Assembly: GCF_023055435.1 (NCBI RefSeq)
Contig: NW_025963879.1
Location: forward strand, 10,726,001-10,790,000
Source: Haliotis rufescens
Lineage: Eukaryota
Reading direction: 5' to 3'
Length of the DNA: 64,000 nt
Shown: one piece after another, positions 28,658 through 42,626 of the stretch
How the letters are laid out: each line of letters starts with the position of its first letter
Numbering within the stretch: the first letter of the stretch is position 1
The notes under the pieces: generated by a model
What the model saw: the letters and a program-made list of their open reading frames with translations, nothing else
Database searches by the model: none
What the model was told of the DNA's origin: nothing
Program-made: the position numbers and the translations under genes

Positions 28658-29434
28658 GTAAATCACTACCACATTAGTTGTTTTCCATAACATTGTGTCT
28701 ACCTTGTCATCTGTCAACTTCTAAGTAATGTCTATCAAACAATTCATCATTCCCACCCTTCTTCCACTGACCCCAGCATTAATATGGTACATCTGTATGA
28801 TAAGAGGTATGCAGGTGTAATGTGCAAGGTATGTGAATGACGGCGGCGTGCACATGCAGTGCAGGTGCATCTGCACGGATGTTGCTGGTCAGGTAGACTT
28901 CTCTGTGCATATGTGCAGTCCCACCTGTATGCAGGCTCCCGGAACTGTCTTGTTAACTCCTAATCACACCATGTTCTACTGCCATTCCCAAACAACAAAC
29001 ATCAGCTCTATTTGAAACGTCAATTCTTCTGCTATTTCATATTTAAATACACCTCCAAAAAATTATCAACAACATCTAGTAGCACACACAATGTCATTAG
29101 GATTTATAGATCTGCCTATAAACCTTTCAAAAGATTACACTAAACTGAAATCTAATTACAAGCCAAGCCATCAGTTCAAATTTCACTTCAAACACACATC
29201 CCTTCCTATCATATACCCAGTGCTGAACGGTTCCTTAAGAATCGATTCTCTTTAACACATTTAGGATATATAATAGAATTACACTCTCTCCAGAGCTTTA
29301 AAGGTGCCAAATTTGAATTGATGAGGCCATGTGTGGCAAGTGAAATTTACATATCTTTTCACTCTCCTTCATCAGTATGATGTCATGTCAGTTCTTATAG
29401 GAGGGGTCTTCTCAAAACTAAGTGTGTGCATATA

Positions 29435-29778
29435 CCGTATTCGACGTAATAAGCGCCCAGGGCGCTCTCAAAATTAAAAATAGTGGGCTCTTGTTAGAAT
29501 ATTATTTTGATGAAAAAAACAGAGTTGAAAGATAAATTCCGTGGTTTATGTTGACAGCCTGAAATGTTTATATAAGACAGATATATTTTTCCAGAATTTA
29601 ACTGCCCATAATTAAGGGTGCATATTACACACGAGTACGTATTATACACGAATAAATCGGTCGTGTGTACATTGATCAATCGGAAGGAGTGCTAATCGGG
29701 ATTGTTCACTAGCCAATATATTAGAAAATATCGCCGTGGGCGCTTATTAGAGCGGGGCGCTTATTACGTCGAATACGG
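29435..29778. mobile_element. MITE of the Tc1/mariner superfamily (pogo/Tigger-like), 344 bp
   Basis: Perfect 24-bp TIRs (ccgtattcgacgtaataagcgccc); TA on both sides (29433-34, 29779-80); an extra subterminal gggcgcttatta near the right TIR; CpGs retained, suggesting a young insertion. Confidence 0.93.
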
Positions 29779-31304
29779 TACATCATATATACCATATTAA
29801 ACAATTTAGTGCCAAGCTGAAAAACATAAGCCGCAATTACCCTGGAATTCCAGAGAATCTGAAACCCAAATGTCATCATCCACTGGTGGTCACACTGACC
29901 GAACTGACTGCCTGATTGAGGTTATGTCAACTGCATCTCACTGGCATGGACTCTATCAGCCACTGGTTTGTTTGATCCAAACCGCATTCTCCAGCAAAAA
30001 ACAACCACTATTTTATATTTCACACTATTTGCACCTCACTGAACATGCACCATTAATACCACCACAGCCTAACAAAATATATCTGAATAAATCCAAACAG
30101 TTGAAGGCAGTAGATTTGATAAAACTTGAAAAATAATAGCATCATCCATATGGATGTGATGAAATAATACAGAATGCCACATGACATCCGTGGCCAATCC
30201 ATCAATGTTAACAGTGCTGTTGACTATTGTGCGAGTCCAGAAGATCAAAAGGATGACTACAGAATACAAAATGTCAGTCTGATATGGTACTTGTATTTAT
30301 TTCATGGTATCATGAAAACCGTGAAAGCACAAACTTTCAGCTTAAACATGTTAAACAAAAGGTATGTTCTCTTGAAAAGAAAATTGTAGTTTTATTGAAA
30401 GCTCCATACAAGCTTCCTGTTCCTGCTGCTGAGTAGGCAGATACCCCAATGGGACACTGCCAGCTCATGTACATTCATGGAGGATTACAAACTAGCTCAC
30501 AAAAATCTAATGAATATCTGGCTTTAAAGAAGACAGTAGGACTTTACATGATTAAATTGCAAAAAAGACACTCATCCTACATAGCTTATGTAAAAACAGA
30601 CCAAGACAAAAAAAAGTAACAGGGTTAAAGGACAAGCCACTTGGACCCCAATATTCTCCTGTCATCATCCAATATGCTTTGATTTTAAAAGTACTGTTCA
30701 TGTGTCAGCTGTGATGATCACATTGTGCAGGAGCTGACAGTGAGGTTGAAAGTCTGCTGGTGTTCACACAACAGGAGACCTCTCTTATCTCTAGTCCTCC
30801 TGCCTTCATAAACACGTCATTGCCAGCAAAACACAAGAACATTGATCTTGTCAAACTGTGATGCCACTTTTGAAGGTATTTCGAATGCAATTCTACTCTT
30901 TGTCTTGGCAGGGGCACAATTTCCAATTAGCATTACTCATTCATACATAAACATACTACAATACCTCGAATATTTCCTATAGAGTTTCCTGAACAGAGGG
31001 AATACAAGACAAATCCATCTCCATAAGGCACTTCGGTATTGTAGTTGCATGTTTTCCTTCAAGTCGGTAGAGTAACAAGAATGAGAATTCTATCTTCAAC
31101 AAGGCTCCAACTGATCCTAAACAACATTGAGAACTGTTAACCATAAACAGTCAATGACAACTTTAAGTCGGACATGAAAGAAGGTATCACCACAAATAAT
31201 AAGGCTTTAGCAAGGGACTGTCGTACCAGTTAACTTGTAAATTTGCCATGCTTTAATTTCATCATTGATAAACCTGCAGATCATCATTATCAAATAATAT
31301 CTCC

Positions 31305-32850
31305 AGTTAACCACATCATGTCTATCCTTGTGTGTGGCCTCTGTCAGACACCCAGGAGCTCAGGTTAACCACATCATGTCTATCCATGTTGTGGCCTCTG
31401 TCAGACACCCAGGAGCTCAAGTTAACCACATCATGTCTATCCATGTTGTGGCCTCTGTCAGACACCCAGGAGCTCAAGTTAACCACATCATGTCTATCCA
31501 TGTTGTGGCCTCTGTCAGACATCCAGGAGCTCAGGTTAACCACATCATGTCTATCCATGTTGTGGCCTCTGTCAGACATCCAGGAGCTCAGGTTAACCAC
31601 ATCATGTCTATCCATGTTATGGCCTCTGTCAGACATCCAGGAGCTCAGGTTAACCACATCATGTCTATCCATGTTATGGCCTCTGTCAGATCCTTGAGCT
31701 CAGGTTAACCACATCATGTCTATCTATGTTGTGGCCTCTGTCAGACACCCAGGAGCTCAAGTTAACCACATCATGTCTATCCATGTTGTGGCCTCTGTCA
31801 GACATCCAGGAGCTCAAGTTAACCACATCATGTCTATCCATGTTGTGGCCTCTGTCAGATCCTTGAGCTCAGGTTAACCACATCATGTCTATCCATGTTG
31901 TGGCCTCTGTCAGATCCTTGAGCTCAGGTTAACCACATCATGTCTATCCATGTTGTGGCCTCTGTCAGATCCTTGAGCTCAGGTTAACCACATCATGTCT
32001 ATCCTTGTGTGTGGCCTCTGTCAGATCCTTGAGCTCAGGTTAACCACATCATGTCTATCCATGTTGTGGCCTCTGTCAGATCCTTGAGCTCAGGTTAACC
32101 ACATCATGTCTATCCATGTTGTGGCCTCTGTCAGACACCCAGGGGCTCAAGTTAACCACATCATGTCTATCCTTGTGTGTGGCCTCTGTCAGACACCCAG
32201 GAGCTCAAGTTAACCACATCATGTCTATCCTTGTATGTGGCCTCTGTCAGACACCCAGGGGCTCAAGTTAACCACATCATGTCTATCCATGTTGTGGCCT
32301 CTGTCAGACACCCAGGAGCTCAAGTTAACCACATCATGTCTATCCATGTTATGGCCTCTGTCAGACACCCAGGGGCTCAAGTTAACCACATCATGTCTAT
32401 CCTTGTGTGTTGCCTCTGTCAGACACCCAGGGGCTCAAGTTAACCACATCATGTCTATCCATGTTATGGCCTCTGTCAGACACCCAGGAGCTCAAGTTAA
32501 CCACATCATGTCTATCCATGTTGTGGCCTCTGTCAGACACCCAGGAGCTAAAGTTAACCACATCATGTCTATCCATGTTATGGCCTCTGTCAGATCCTTG
32601 AGCTCAGGTTAACCACATCATGTCTATCCTTGTGTGTGGCCTCTGTCAGATCCTTGAGCTCAGGTTAACCACATCATGTCTATCCATGTTATGGCCTCTG
32701 TCAGATCCTTGAGCTCAGGTTAACCACATCATGTCTAGACATGTTGTGGCCTCTGTCAGATCCTTGAGCTCAGGTTAACCACATCATGTCTATCCATGTT
32801 GTGGCCTCTGTCAGACACCCAGGTGCTCAAGTTAACCATTTCATGTCAAT
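31305..32850. repeat. Minisatellite, 57-bp unit with a 55-bp variant in blocks, about 27 copies
   Basis: Unit gttaaccacatcatgtctatccatgttgtggcctctgtcaga(cacccagg|tccttg)agctca(a/g). Confidence 0.98.
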
Positions 32851-33772
32851 CCCAGATGCAGTTAACTATTTAAGATACCACTTGTCAAATAAAAAACTTA
32901 ATCTCCTAGCTAGCTACCAGAAATCCTTACCATGGAACATTAAGCCCTGTCCCTGTTCAGTTATCAATCTCCCCATGTCTCCTGCTTACAGCCTTGCTGG
33001 CAAGGATTAACACTGCAAGCAGGAATTCACACATCTTTAATATCAAAGCTGAAGAATATGCTTGGTTCTGCATTCCTGCTGAAATCATTCTCTCCTTCTT
33101 CTTTTACCTCCCATCTAGATTATTCAGAAAACCATAAACTCCCCAGAGTCAGAGAGATCACAAATATCTGTCTCGTTCTTTACTCACGTCAGAATTGTCT
33201 TGTGTTATCATTTTCTTTGCATCATAAATCTGCAGGGGTGAAGTACCATGGCTGCCATTTGAGGGTGCGAGGTGCAGCAGGGCCAGCACTGTGAAAAGCC
33301 TGACTCAAGGTCCTGTACTCCACCATTACATATCTGGCAGGTCTTCAAGTGCAAGAGGATCATTTCCTTGATTGCATTATGAGGTGTCATATCCTGTTTC
33401 TTTCAATGCAATAGCCTTTAGTACTGCAGACCTCTGGTCTATCAGGATAGTGAGGACAATAAATCAGAATGATAAATGGGATAGTCTGTCCTCATTACTT
33501 CCTCGTGCTGAAACCTTCAGCCATTACAAAATGAATCATTTGACTCTGAAAAATGATGTACAAGCCAATGTCATGTCTTGTTGATTATTTAATCTTTGAA
33601 ACTTTCACCAGTTCTTTAAAACTTCATAATCATAATATGGAGTAATATCCATCCATTCTATAACATCACCTAGTGCCAAGTAGTGTGATCTACACCTCAC
33701 CACGCCTCTTCATATACTCTGCAAAATACCCTTCCTACATTTCAAGTGATAGTCATGACCACATAGTTGAAA

Positions 33773-33969
33773 ATATAACAGACCATCACACAATGACTAG
33801 AAGTACTCATAATCACATGTATATATAACAGACCATCACACAATGACTAGAAGTACTCATAATCACATGTATATATAACAGACCATCACACAATGACTAG
33901 AAGTACTCATAATCACATGTATATATAACAGACCATCACACAATGGCTAGAAGTACTCATAATCACATG
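33773..33969. repeat. Minisatellite, 50-bp unit, 4 copies
   Basis: Unit atataacagaccatcacacaatgactagaagtactcataatcacatgtat. Confidence 0.97.
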
Positions 33970-35289
33970 GTTATATTTCTCATACAGCATATTGTCAGGA
34001 AGCCAAAATCAGGAACAGACTGCGAGAATACTTATGGCCTTAGAAACATCCTTTACCAGTATGTTTACCACACCTAACAGCTCTTTCTTTTGCAGTGATT
34101 ACAACTGCTGGTTATCCCTTCAGGCATAAGTGCCAAACATGAGAGTGTCTGTATTCTCACTAACTGGAGACTGTAAAGATTTACTGTTGGTCATGTAAAC
34201 ATATTCTGTAAAATTAGTGACAAAATAACCAAGTTACATACCATATAGGTAAACAACATTCCAACGGAAATTTCCTTTCCACATGCTTCTATTTTCTGAG
34301 GGCGAATGCATAGCTCTGAACTACCATTGGACATCTTTTGCACGATAACAAAAGAATAACCTGAGAAAAGTAAGCCATAAATAGCAACACAATGTCTCAA
34401 CTCTGAAGAATCTATCTGAATAATGATTTCTGTCATACCATCTACTGTAAAATGCTTATCCTTTCTTTACATATTCTTTTATTTATCACTTATCACTCAT
34501 TATAATGTATTCACTTCATCCTGTATCCATGACAACAAAGCTAATGATAACATAGGAAATGTGAAAGTTTAATGACTACCATTTGGACAGAGAAAGGCTA
34601 TCTCAAAGGAGTCGGAAGTTGTTGCATGCCAGATTTTATCTTGTAACCAACATGAACCAGCTGTAGATTGTGATGAAGTAAGTTCTGGCAAGCAGCTCTA
34701 AAGTGGGGATATTACAGGTAGATGCATATTTCCAGATGGTCATGCACACATACATGTGATGGCATGGGGGAACCTACTGCCTCAACTTGGAACATCAAAT
34801 TGCTCCATCAAACACTTGAACACGCCTGTGTATGTATATATATGTCTTTGCTGTGTCCAACTCAAAGGGGCCAAATAAATGTTTGATGCATCCGAGCGTT
34901 GGACAACTGATTCTCAAAGTCATTTGAAACACCAAACGAATGATATCCTATGTGAACTACAGTACAGCATAGAACAGTTCATGATCAACAAGCTAGATTA
35001 TGTAATTGCACTTGTTTGTCATTTGGGACTACAACATAAGTTTGGATCAACCGGAAATTTTAAATTTTACACAACATTATAGAATTGTACTAATAACTGT
35101 GGCAGCAGCATGACCAGTAGCAGTTGAAGGCAAGTAGAGACACCAGCAGCAGTACTGGAGGGGCTAGTTCTGTGTTGTAGTGCTGAGCATCTCGGTGGTG
35201 GGAGCATCAATGGTGATATTTGATGTTATGGGACATAATGGAGGTGTTGGTCTTGGGTAAGGTTGAAGTTGATTTTGGAGACAAACTGT

Positions 35290-38200
35290 GGCTGTGACTG
35301 ACACTGGAGTTGGGGTCATGGCAGTAGTTGGTTGGGTTGTACTGCCACTTGACAGTGGAGGTGGGGTCATGGCAGTGGTTGGTTGTACTGCCACTTGACA
35401 GTGGAGGTGGGGTCATGGCAGTGGTTGGTTGTACTGTCACTTGTCAGTGGAGGTGGGGGTCATGGCAGTGGGTGGTTGGGTTGTGCTGCCACTTGACAGT
35501 GGAGGTGGTGTCATGGCAGTGGTTGGCTGTACTGTCACTTGTCAGTGGAGGTGGGGGTCATGGCAGTGGGTGGTTGGGTTGTGCTGCCACTTGACAGTGG
35601 AGGTGGGGTCAGGGCAGTGGTTGGTTGTACTGTCACTTGACAGTGGAGGTGGTGTCATGGCAGTGGTTAGTTGGGCTGTACTGTGACTTGACAGTGGAGG
35701 TAGGGTCATGGCAGTGAGTGGTTGGGTTGTACTGTCACTTGACAGTGGAGGTGGGGTCATGGCAGTGGTTGGCTGTACTGTCACTTGTCAGTGGAGGTGG
35801 GGGTCATGGCAGTGGGTGGTTGGGTTGTGCTGCCACTTGACAGTGGAGGTGGGGTCAGGGCAGTGGTTGGTTGTACTGTCACTTGACAGTGGAGGTGGTG
35901 TCATGGCAGTGGTTAGTTGGGCTGTACTGTGACTTGACAGTGGAGGTAGGGTCATGGCAGTGAGTGGTTGGGTTGTACTGCCACTTGACAGTGGAGGTGG
36001 GGTCATGGCAGTGGTTGGTTGGGCTGTACTGCCACTTGACAGTGGAGGTAGGGTCATGGCAGTGGTTAGTTGGATTGTACTGTCACTTGACAGTGGAGGT
36101 GGGGTCATGGCAGTGGTTGGGTTGTACTGCCACTTGACAGTGGAGGTGGGGGTCATGGCAGTGGTTGGTTGTACTGCCACTTGACAGTGGAGGTGGGGTC
36201 AGGGCAGTGGTTGGTTGTACTGTCACTTGACAGTGGAGGTGGGGGTCATTGCAGTGGGTGGTTGGGTTGTGCTGCCACTTGACAGTGGAGGTGGGGTCAG
36301 GGCAGTGGTTGGTTGTACTGTCACTTGTCAGTGGAGGTGGGGGTCATGGCAGTGGGTGGTTGGGTTGTGCTGCCACTTGACAGTGGAGGTGGGGTCAGGG
36401 CAGTGGTTGGTTGTACTGTCACTTGACAGTGGAGGTGGTGTCATGGCAGTGGTTAGTTGGGCTGTACTGTGACTTGACAGTGGAGGTAGGGTCATGGCAG
36501 TGAGTGGTTGGGTTGTACTGCCACTTGACAGTGGAGGTGGGGTCATGGCAGTGGTTGGTTGGGCTGTACTGCCACTTGACAGTGGAGGTAGGGTCATGGC
36601 AGTGGTTAGTTGGATTGTACTGTCACTTGACAGTGGAGGTGGGGTCATGGCAGTGGTTGGTTGTACTGTCACTTGACAGTGGAGGTGGGGGTCATGGCAG
36701 TGGTTGGTTGTACTGCCACTTGACAGTGGAGGTGGGGTCATGGCAGTGGTTGGTTGTACTGTCACTTAACAGTGGAGGTGGGGTGATGACAGTGGTTGGT
36801 TGTACTGCCACTTGACAGTGGAGGTGGGGTCATGGCAGTGGTTGGTTGTACTGTCACTTAACAGTGGAGGTGGGGGTGATGACAGTGGTTGGTTGTACTG
36901 CCACTTGACAGTGGAGGTGGGGTCATGGCAGTGGTTGGTTGTACTGTCACTTAACAGTGGAGGTGGGGTCATGGCAGTGGTTGGTTGGGTTGTACTGTCA
37001 CTTGACAGTGGAGGTGGGGTCATGGCAGTGGTTGGTTGGGTTGTACTGTCACTTGACAGTGGAGGTAGGGTCATGGCAGTGGTTGGTTGGGCTGTACTGC
37101 CACTTGACAGTGGAGGTGGTGTCATGGCAGTGGTTGGTTGTACTGCCACTTGACAGTGGAGGTAGTGTCATGGCAGTGGTTGGTTGGGCTGTACTGCCAC
37201 TTGACAGTGGAGGTAGGGTCATGGCAGTGGCTGGTTGTGCTTTACTGCCACTTGACAGTGGGGGTAGGGTCATGGCAGTGGTTGGTTGTACTGCCACTTA
37301 ACAGTGGAGGTGGGGTCATGGCAGTGGTTGGTTGTACTGTCACTTGACAGTGGAGGTGGGGGTCATGGCAGTGGTTGGTTGTACTGCCACTTGACAGTGG
37401 AGGTGGGGTCATGGCAGTGGTTGGTTGTGCTTTACTGCCACTTGACAGTGGGGGTAGGGTCATGGCAGTGGTTGGTTGTACTGCCACTTGACAGTGGAGG
37501 TGGGGGTCATGGCAGTGGTTGGTTGTACTGCCACTTGACAGTGGAGGTGGGGTCATGGCAGTGGTTGGTTGTACTGCCACTTGACAGTGGAGGTGGGGTC
37601 ATGGCAGTGGTTGGTTGTGCTTTACTGCCACTTGACAGTGGGGGTAGGGTCATGGCAGTGGTTGGTTGTACTGCCACTTGACAGTGGAGGTGGGGGTCAT
37701 GGCAGTGGTTGGTTGTACTGCCACTTGACAGTGGAGGTGGGGGTCATGGCAGTGGTTGGTTGTACTGCCACTTGACAGTGGAGGTGGGGGTCATGACAGT
37801 GGTTGGTTGTGCTTTACTGCCACTTGACAGTGGGGGTAGGGTCATGGCAGTGGTTGGTTGTACTGCCACTTGACAGTGGAGGTGGGGTCATGGCAGTGGT
37901 TGGTTGTACTGCCACTTGACAGTGGAGGTGGGGTCATGGCAGTGGTTGGTTGTGCTTTACTGCCACTTGACAGTGGGGGTAGGGTCATGGCAGTGGTTGG
38001 TTGTACTGCAACTTGACAGTGGAGGTGGGGTCATGGCAGTGGTTGGTTGTACTGCCACTTGACAGTGGAGGTGGGGGTCATGGCAGTGGTTGGTTGTACT
38101 GTCACTTGACAGTGGAGGTGGGGTGATGACAGTGGTTGGTTTGGTTGTAGTGCCACTTGACAGTGGAGGTGGGGTCATGGCAGTGGTTGGTCGGGCTGTG

Positions 38201-39603
38201 CTGCCACTTGACAGTGGAGGTGGGGTCAGGGCAGTGGTTGGTTGTACTGCCACTTGACAGTGGAGGTGGGGTCATGGCAGTGGTTGGTTGTGCTTTACTG
38301 CCACTTGACAGTGGGGGTAGGGTCATGGCAGTGGTTGGTTGTACTGCCACTTGACAGTGGAGGTGGGGGTCATGGCAGTGGTTGGTTGTACTGCCACTTG
38401 ACAGTGGAGGTGGGGGTCATGGCAGTGGTTGGTTGTACTGCCACTTGACAGTGGAGGTGGGGGTCATGACAGTGGTTGGTTGTGCTTTACTGCCACTTGA
38501 CAGTGGGGGTAGGGTCATGGCAGTGGTTGGTTGTACTGCCACTTGACAGTGGAGGTGGGGTCATGGCAGTGGTTGGTTGTACTGCCACTTGACAGTGGAG
38601 GTGGGGTCATGGCAGTGGTTGGTTGTGCTTTACTGCCACTTGACAGTGGGGGTAGGGTCATGGCAGTGGTTGGTTGTACTGCCACTTGACAGTGGAGGTG
38701 GGGTCATGGCAGTGGTTGGTTGTACTGCCACTTGACAGTGGAGGTGGGGGTCATGGCAGTGGTTGGTTGTACTGTCACTTGACAGTGGAGGTGGGGTCAT
38801 GGCAGTGGTTGGTTTGGTTGTAGTGCCACTTGACAGTGGAGGTGGGGTCATGGCAGTGGTTGGTCGGGCTGTGCTGCCACTTGACAGTGGAGGTGGGGTC
38901 AGGGCAGTGGTTGGTTGTACTGTCACTTGGCAGTGGAGGTGGGGTCATGGCAGTGGTTGTTTGGGTTCTACTGTCACTTGACAGTGGAGGTGGGGTCATG
39001 GCAGTGGTTGGTTGGGTTGTACTGCCACTTGACAGTGCAGGGGGTGTCATGGCAGTGGTTGGTTGGGTTGTACTGTCACTTGACAGTGGAGGTAGGGTCA
39101 TGGCAGTGGTTGGTTGGGCTGTACTGCCACTTGACAGTGGAGGTGGTGTCATGGCAGTGGTTGGTTGTACTGCCACTTGACAGTGGAGGTAGTGTCATGG
39201 CAGTGGTTGGTTGGGCTGTACTGCCACTTGACAGTGGAGGTGGTGTCATGGCAGTGGTTGGGTTGTACTGTCACTTGACAGTGGAGGTAGGGTCATGGCA
39301 GTGGCTGGTTGTGCTTTACTGCCACTTGACAGTGGGGGTAGGGTCATGGCAGTGGTTGGTTGTACTGCCACTTGACAGTGGAGGTAGTGTCATGGCAGTG
39401 GTTGGTTGGGCTGTACTGCCACTTGACAGTGGAGGTGGGGGTCATGGCAGTGGTTGGTTGTACTGCCACTTGACAGTGGAGGTAGTGTCATGGCAGTGGT
39501 TGGTTGGGCTGTACTGCCACTTGACAGTGGAGGTAGGGTCATGGCAGTGGCTGGTTGTGCTTTACTGCCACTTGACAGTGGAGGTGGGGTCATGGCAGTG
39601 GTT
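35290..39603. repeat. Large G-rich minisatellite, 46-52-bp units, about 88 copies, with higher-order duplications
   Basis: Unit gtactgccacttgacagtggaggtggggtcatggcagtggttggtt; identical ORFs offset by 673 bp (37569 and 38242). Confidence 0.98.
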
Positions 39604-40039
39604 ACTGTTACAAGGCTGCTGTGGCAGTATAGTACATGCAGTACAGAACGGTTCTTCCAGACAAACAAGGCAGTATATTCTTACATCCAAATACAATCCA
39701 TCCAATTTGACGACTCTGTATCTCCATAATTTTCCGCTACAACTAAAGTAGATTTATGAGCACAGCCCAAGCTCTGTCCAAGTTGCCTACTTAAGCAAGC
39801 CTTCGGACTCCCTCACTGAATACGGCAGTTAGAGTACATCATCCTATTGATCACCGACTTAAAGCCCCATCTGCGGTAGTACCTACCGCACTCTAGTGGG
39901 CGGAGCTTATACGAGTGATCTGACAGGTCAATATGACGTCATGATAACACACACATTTCATTGGTTATTGCATAAACGGGTGACGTCATGTAAACACCCA
40001 CCCACGTGGGCCGTTTGACAACAAGGACGTAAGTTTTAA

Positions 40040-40445
40040 TGGTAATAAATATCTATCAAACGATTCCAAGACTTTTCAACAAACGCGTAGGTCTTTGGTT
40101 TCAAAACCTACCTGCCATGTCGTCTTCACATCTTCATAAAATGATACCGCGGAATGTCCACGATATATCCAACGCAGTCCAACACAGAAATTATAGATGT
40201 CCTGTTCTGAGCTATTCTAGATCTCCTGACGACAACGAATTAATACGTTTGTCGTGATGAATATGAACAGTGTAATTGAACAAAAAAACAACATAATATG
40301 TGTCAAGGCACCAATCGTTATCCTGTGGTGTACGGTATATCTGCAGTTTATAAATAGCATTTCTCACATATACACGGTAATCGGTGATTTCAACAGTTTT
40401 TCTTCGTTGTGTTCGTCTTGCCTTCATCTGGAATCTGGATGACAA
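40040..40445 (-). pseudogene. Degenerate ORF remnant E of the island, unknown product
   Basis: ORF 40212..40445 plus a coding-like continuation in another frame (NFCVGLRWIYRGHSAVSFYEDVKTTWQVGFETKDLRVC). No family recognised. Confidence 0.3.
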
Positions 40446-40877
40446 CGATCGTGTAAAAAACCCTGGTAATGGTCAAAAATATTTTCACGTGATCAAAGTA
40501 GTTTTTTGTCGTTTCAGTGACATTTTTTCATTGCCCAGTAGCAATGTATTTTGGCAAAGTCACACTTGTCCGATGAAGCTCGATCCGTAAAACTTGGCTG
40601 GTCCCAGTGACCCAGATCCCTCTTGATTGGCATGCCAAGTGTCATTTGCATAAGGCCATCCATATTTTTTTGTTTGTGTTTCTCCCCTCAAGCCTAAACT
40701 AACCAGAGAGCGGCCAGATAAAATATATATTACTTATCAAAAAATGTCTTTCATTAATTGTGTAAGTTATTTTATGACATTTAAAAAAAAAGTTTAAACA
40801 CTTGGTACTAGAATCTAGTCTATGAATTTGTATATTATGTAGATCGATTCGCTTTGCTTCGGAAGCGAATTTTTAAT

Positions 40878-41866
40878 AAACAAGAATTTGTCACAGAGTG
40901 ACGAAATATCCCCCGCCTGTACACCATAGTACCAAATATGAAGACAATCCAGTGATTAGTTCTTGAGATATTGTGGCAACACCGTTTTCCAACTCCAAAA
41001 ACAGATTTGTCTGCTGTGACCTTGAAAATGGGGTGAAGGTCACCAAATCTGACAGGTGTATGCGGTGTCTGTATATACACTATAGTTCTAAATATGAACA
41101 CAATCCAGCGATTAGTTCTTGAGATATCGCGGCAACACCGTTTTCTAACTCCAAAAGCAGATTTGCCTGCTGTGACCTTGACAATGGGGTCAAGGTCACC
41201 AAAACCGACTGGTGTCTGCGGTGTCTGTATATACACCATAGTTCCAAATATGAAGACAATCCAGCGATTAGTTCTTGAGATATCGCGGCAACACCGTTTT
41301 CCAAATCCAAAAGCAGATTTGCCTGCTGTGACCTTGAAAATGGGATCAAGGTCACCAAAACCGACTGGTGTCTGCGGAGTCTGTATATACACCATAGGTC
41401 CAAATATGAAGACAATCCAGTGTTTAGTTCTTGAGATATCGCGGCAACACCGTTTTCCAACTCCAAAAGCAGATTTGTCTGCTGTGACCTTGAAAATGGG
41501 ATCAAGGTCACCAAAACCGACTGGTGTCTGCGGAGTCTGTATATACACCATAGTTCCAAATATGAAGACAAATCAGTGTTTAGTTCTTGAGATATCGCGG
41601 CAACACCGTTTTCCAACTCCAAAAGCAGATATGCCTGCTGTGACCTTGAAAATGGGGTCAAGGTCACCAAAACCGACTGGTGTCTGCGGAGTCTGTATAT
41701 ACACCATAGTTCCAAATATGAAGACAATCCAGTGTTTAGTTCTTGAGATATCGCGGCAACAAACAGGTGGGACGTACGGACGGACGGACGGACGTACGGA
41801 CGTACGTACGTACGGTCGTGAATACTATATCCCCCGCTTCGCGCTTTCGCGCGGCGGGGGATAACA
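40878..41866 (+). mobile_element. Helentron-associated non-autonomous element (HINE/DINE-like) with an internal 156-bp tandem array
   Basis: 5' aacaag, short palindrome and atatcccccgc; about 5.4 copies of a 156-bp unit (gagatatcgc at 41121, 41277, 41433, 41589, 41745); (ggac)n microsatellite at about 41770-41815; 3' stem-loop tatcccccgc...gcgggggata; A-rich flanks. Confidence 0.85.
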
Positions 41867-41949
41867 ACGGAACAAAGATAAAGATGATCTGGTTCTTTTA
41901 TAAAGTTGAGCTAGTAGTATTTCTTTTAATAGATCGGTGCGCAATTTTC

Positions 41950-42468
41950 CACAGCGGCAGCAAAATTAAGACACGAAAACATTTTATTATTTCACGTCGC
42001 AATGGAAATAAGAATATTAAAATACGGACAGCTCTCACAGACTTCGAAACGATGTTCAAATAAATATTTGTTCACATTAATTCTGTCATGTGCGAGAAAA
42101 TGGATTTCAACATTATTTTCATCAAGCTCATTCAGGTTGCTGGCTGTACAGATCATCCTCTCTTGTAAACGTCTTCGCCATGAACACATGTTTTGTCGCG
42201 AAGCTCAAAGCGACAATGTTTCTCTCAGATACATTTTTTTCTCCATCCATGACGAGCATCTTTCATAATGTGCCTCAACAACCTTCCTGGTCAGTTGAAT
42301 TCAACAATGTTATACACATGGCCTCATTCACAGCTTCATCACAAGATTCCTTCCAAATACTCACCACGTGATCAGGGTTATGACCTTGGGATGAATTAAT
42401 AAATTAATTTGCACTTTTAGAAAAGATTTTTTTTCGTGAATATTATTATTAAAAAATATCCTGTACAT
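41950..42468 (-). pseudogene. Degenerate ORF remnant D of the island, unknown product
   Basis: ATG at 42468 lies downstream of TATAAAG (about 42511). Coding-like segments in shifting frames: SQGHNPDHVVSIWKESCDEAVNEAMC; TRKVVEAHYERCSSWMEKKMYLRET; ORF 41992..42189. Confidence 0.35.
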
Positions 42469-42626
42469 GGAACTTTGGGATTGCACTGCGGATTTCTTTT
42501 ATTACTTTATAAACCTTTTTGTTTTCCCCTTTCTGACCTCGGGATCTCCTAGCAACCACGCCCCATGAGTGCATCGAGTTGCTGCTTACAACTGACAAGA
42601 ACTTTGCAATTTCGCTCGTCTTCAAT

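Noticed and set aside
35164-39668. Mucin-like Thr/Pro/Ser exon on the host gene's strand
   Set aside because: Unit lengths of 46, 47, 51 and 52 bp shift the frame constantly, and exons 2 and 3 already join in frame across the region within a propeller blade.
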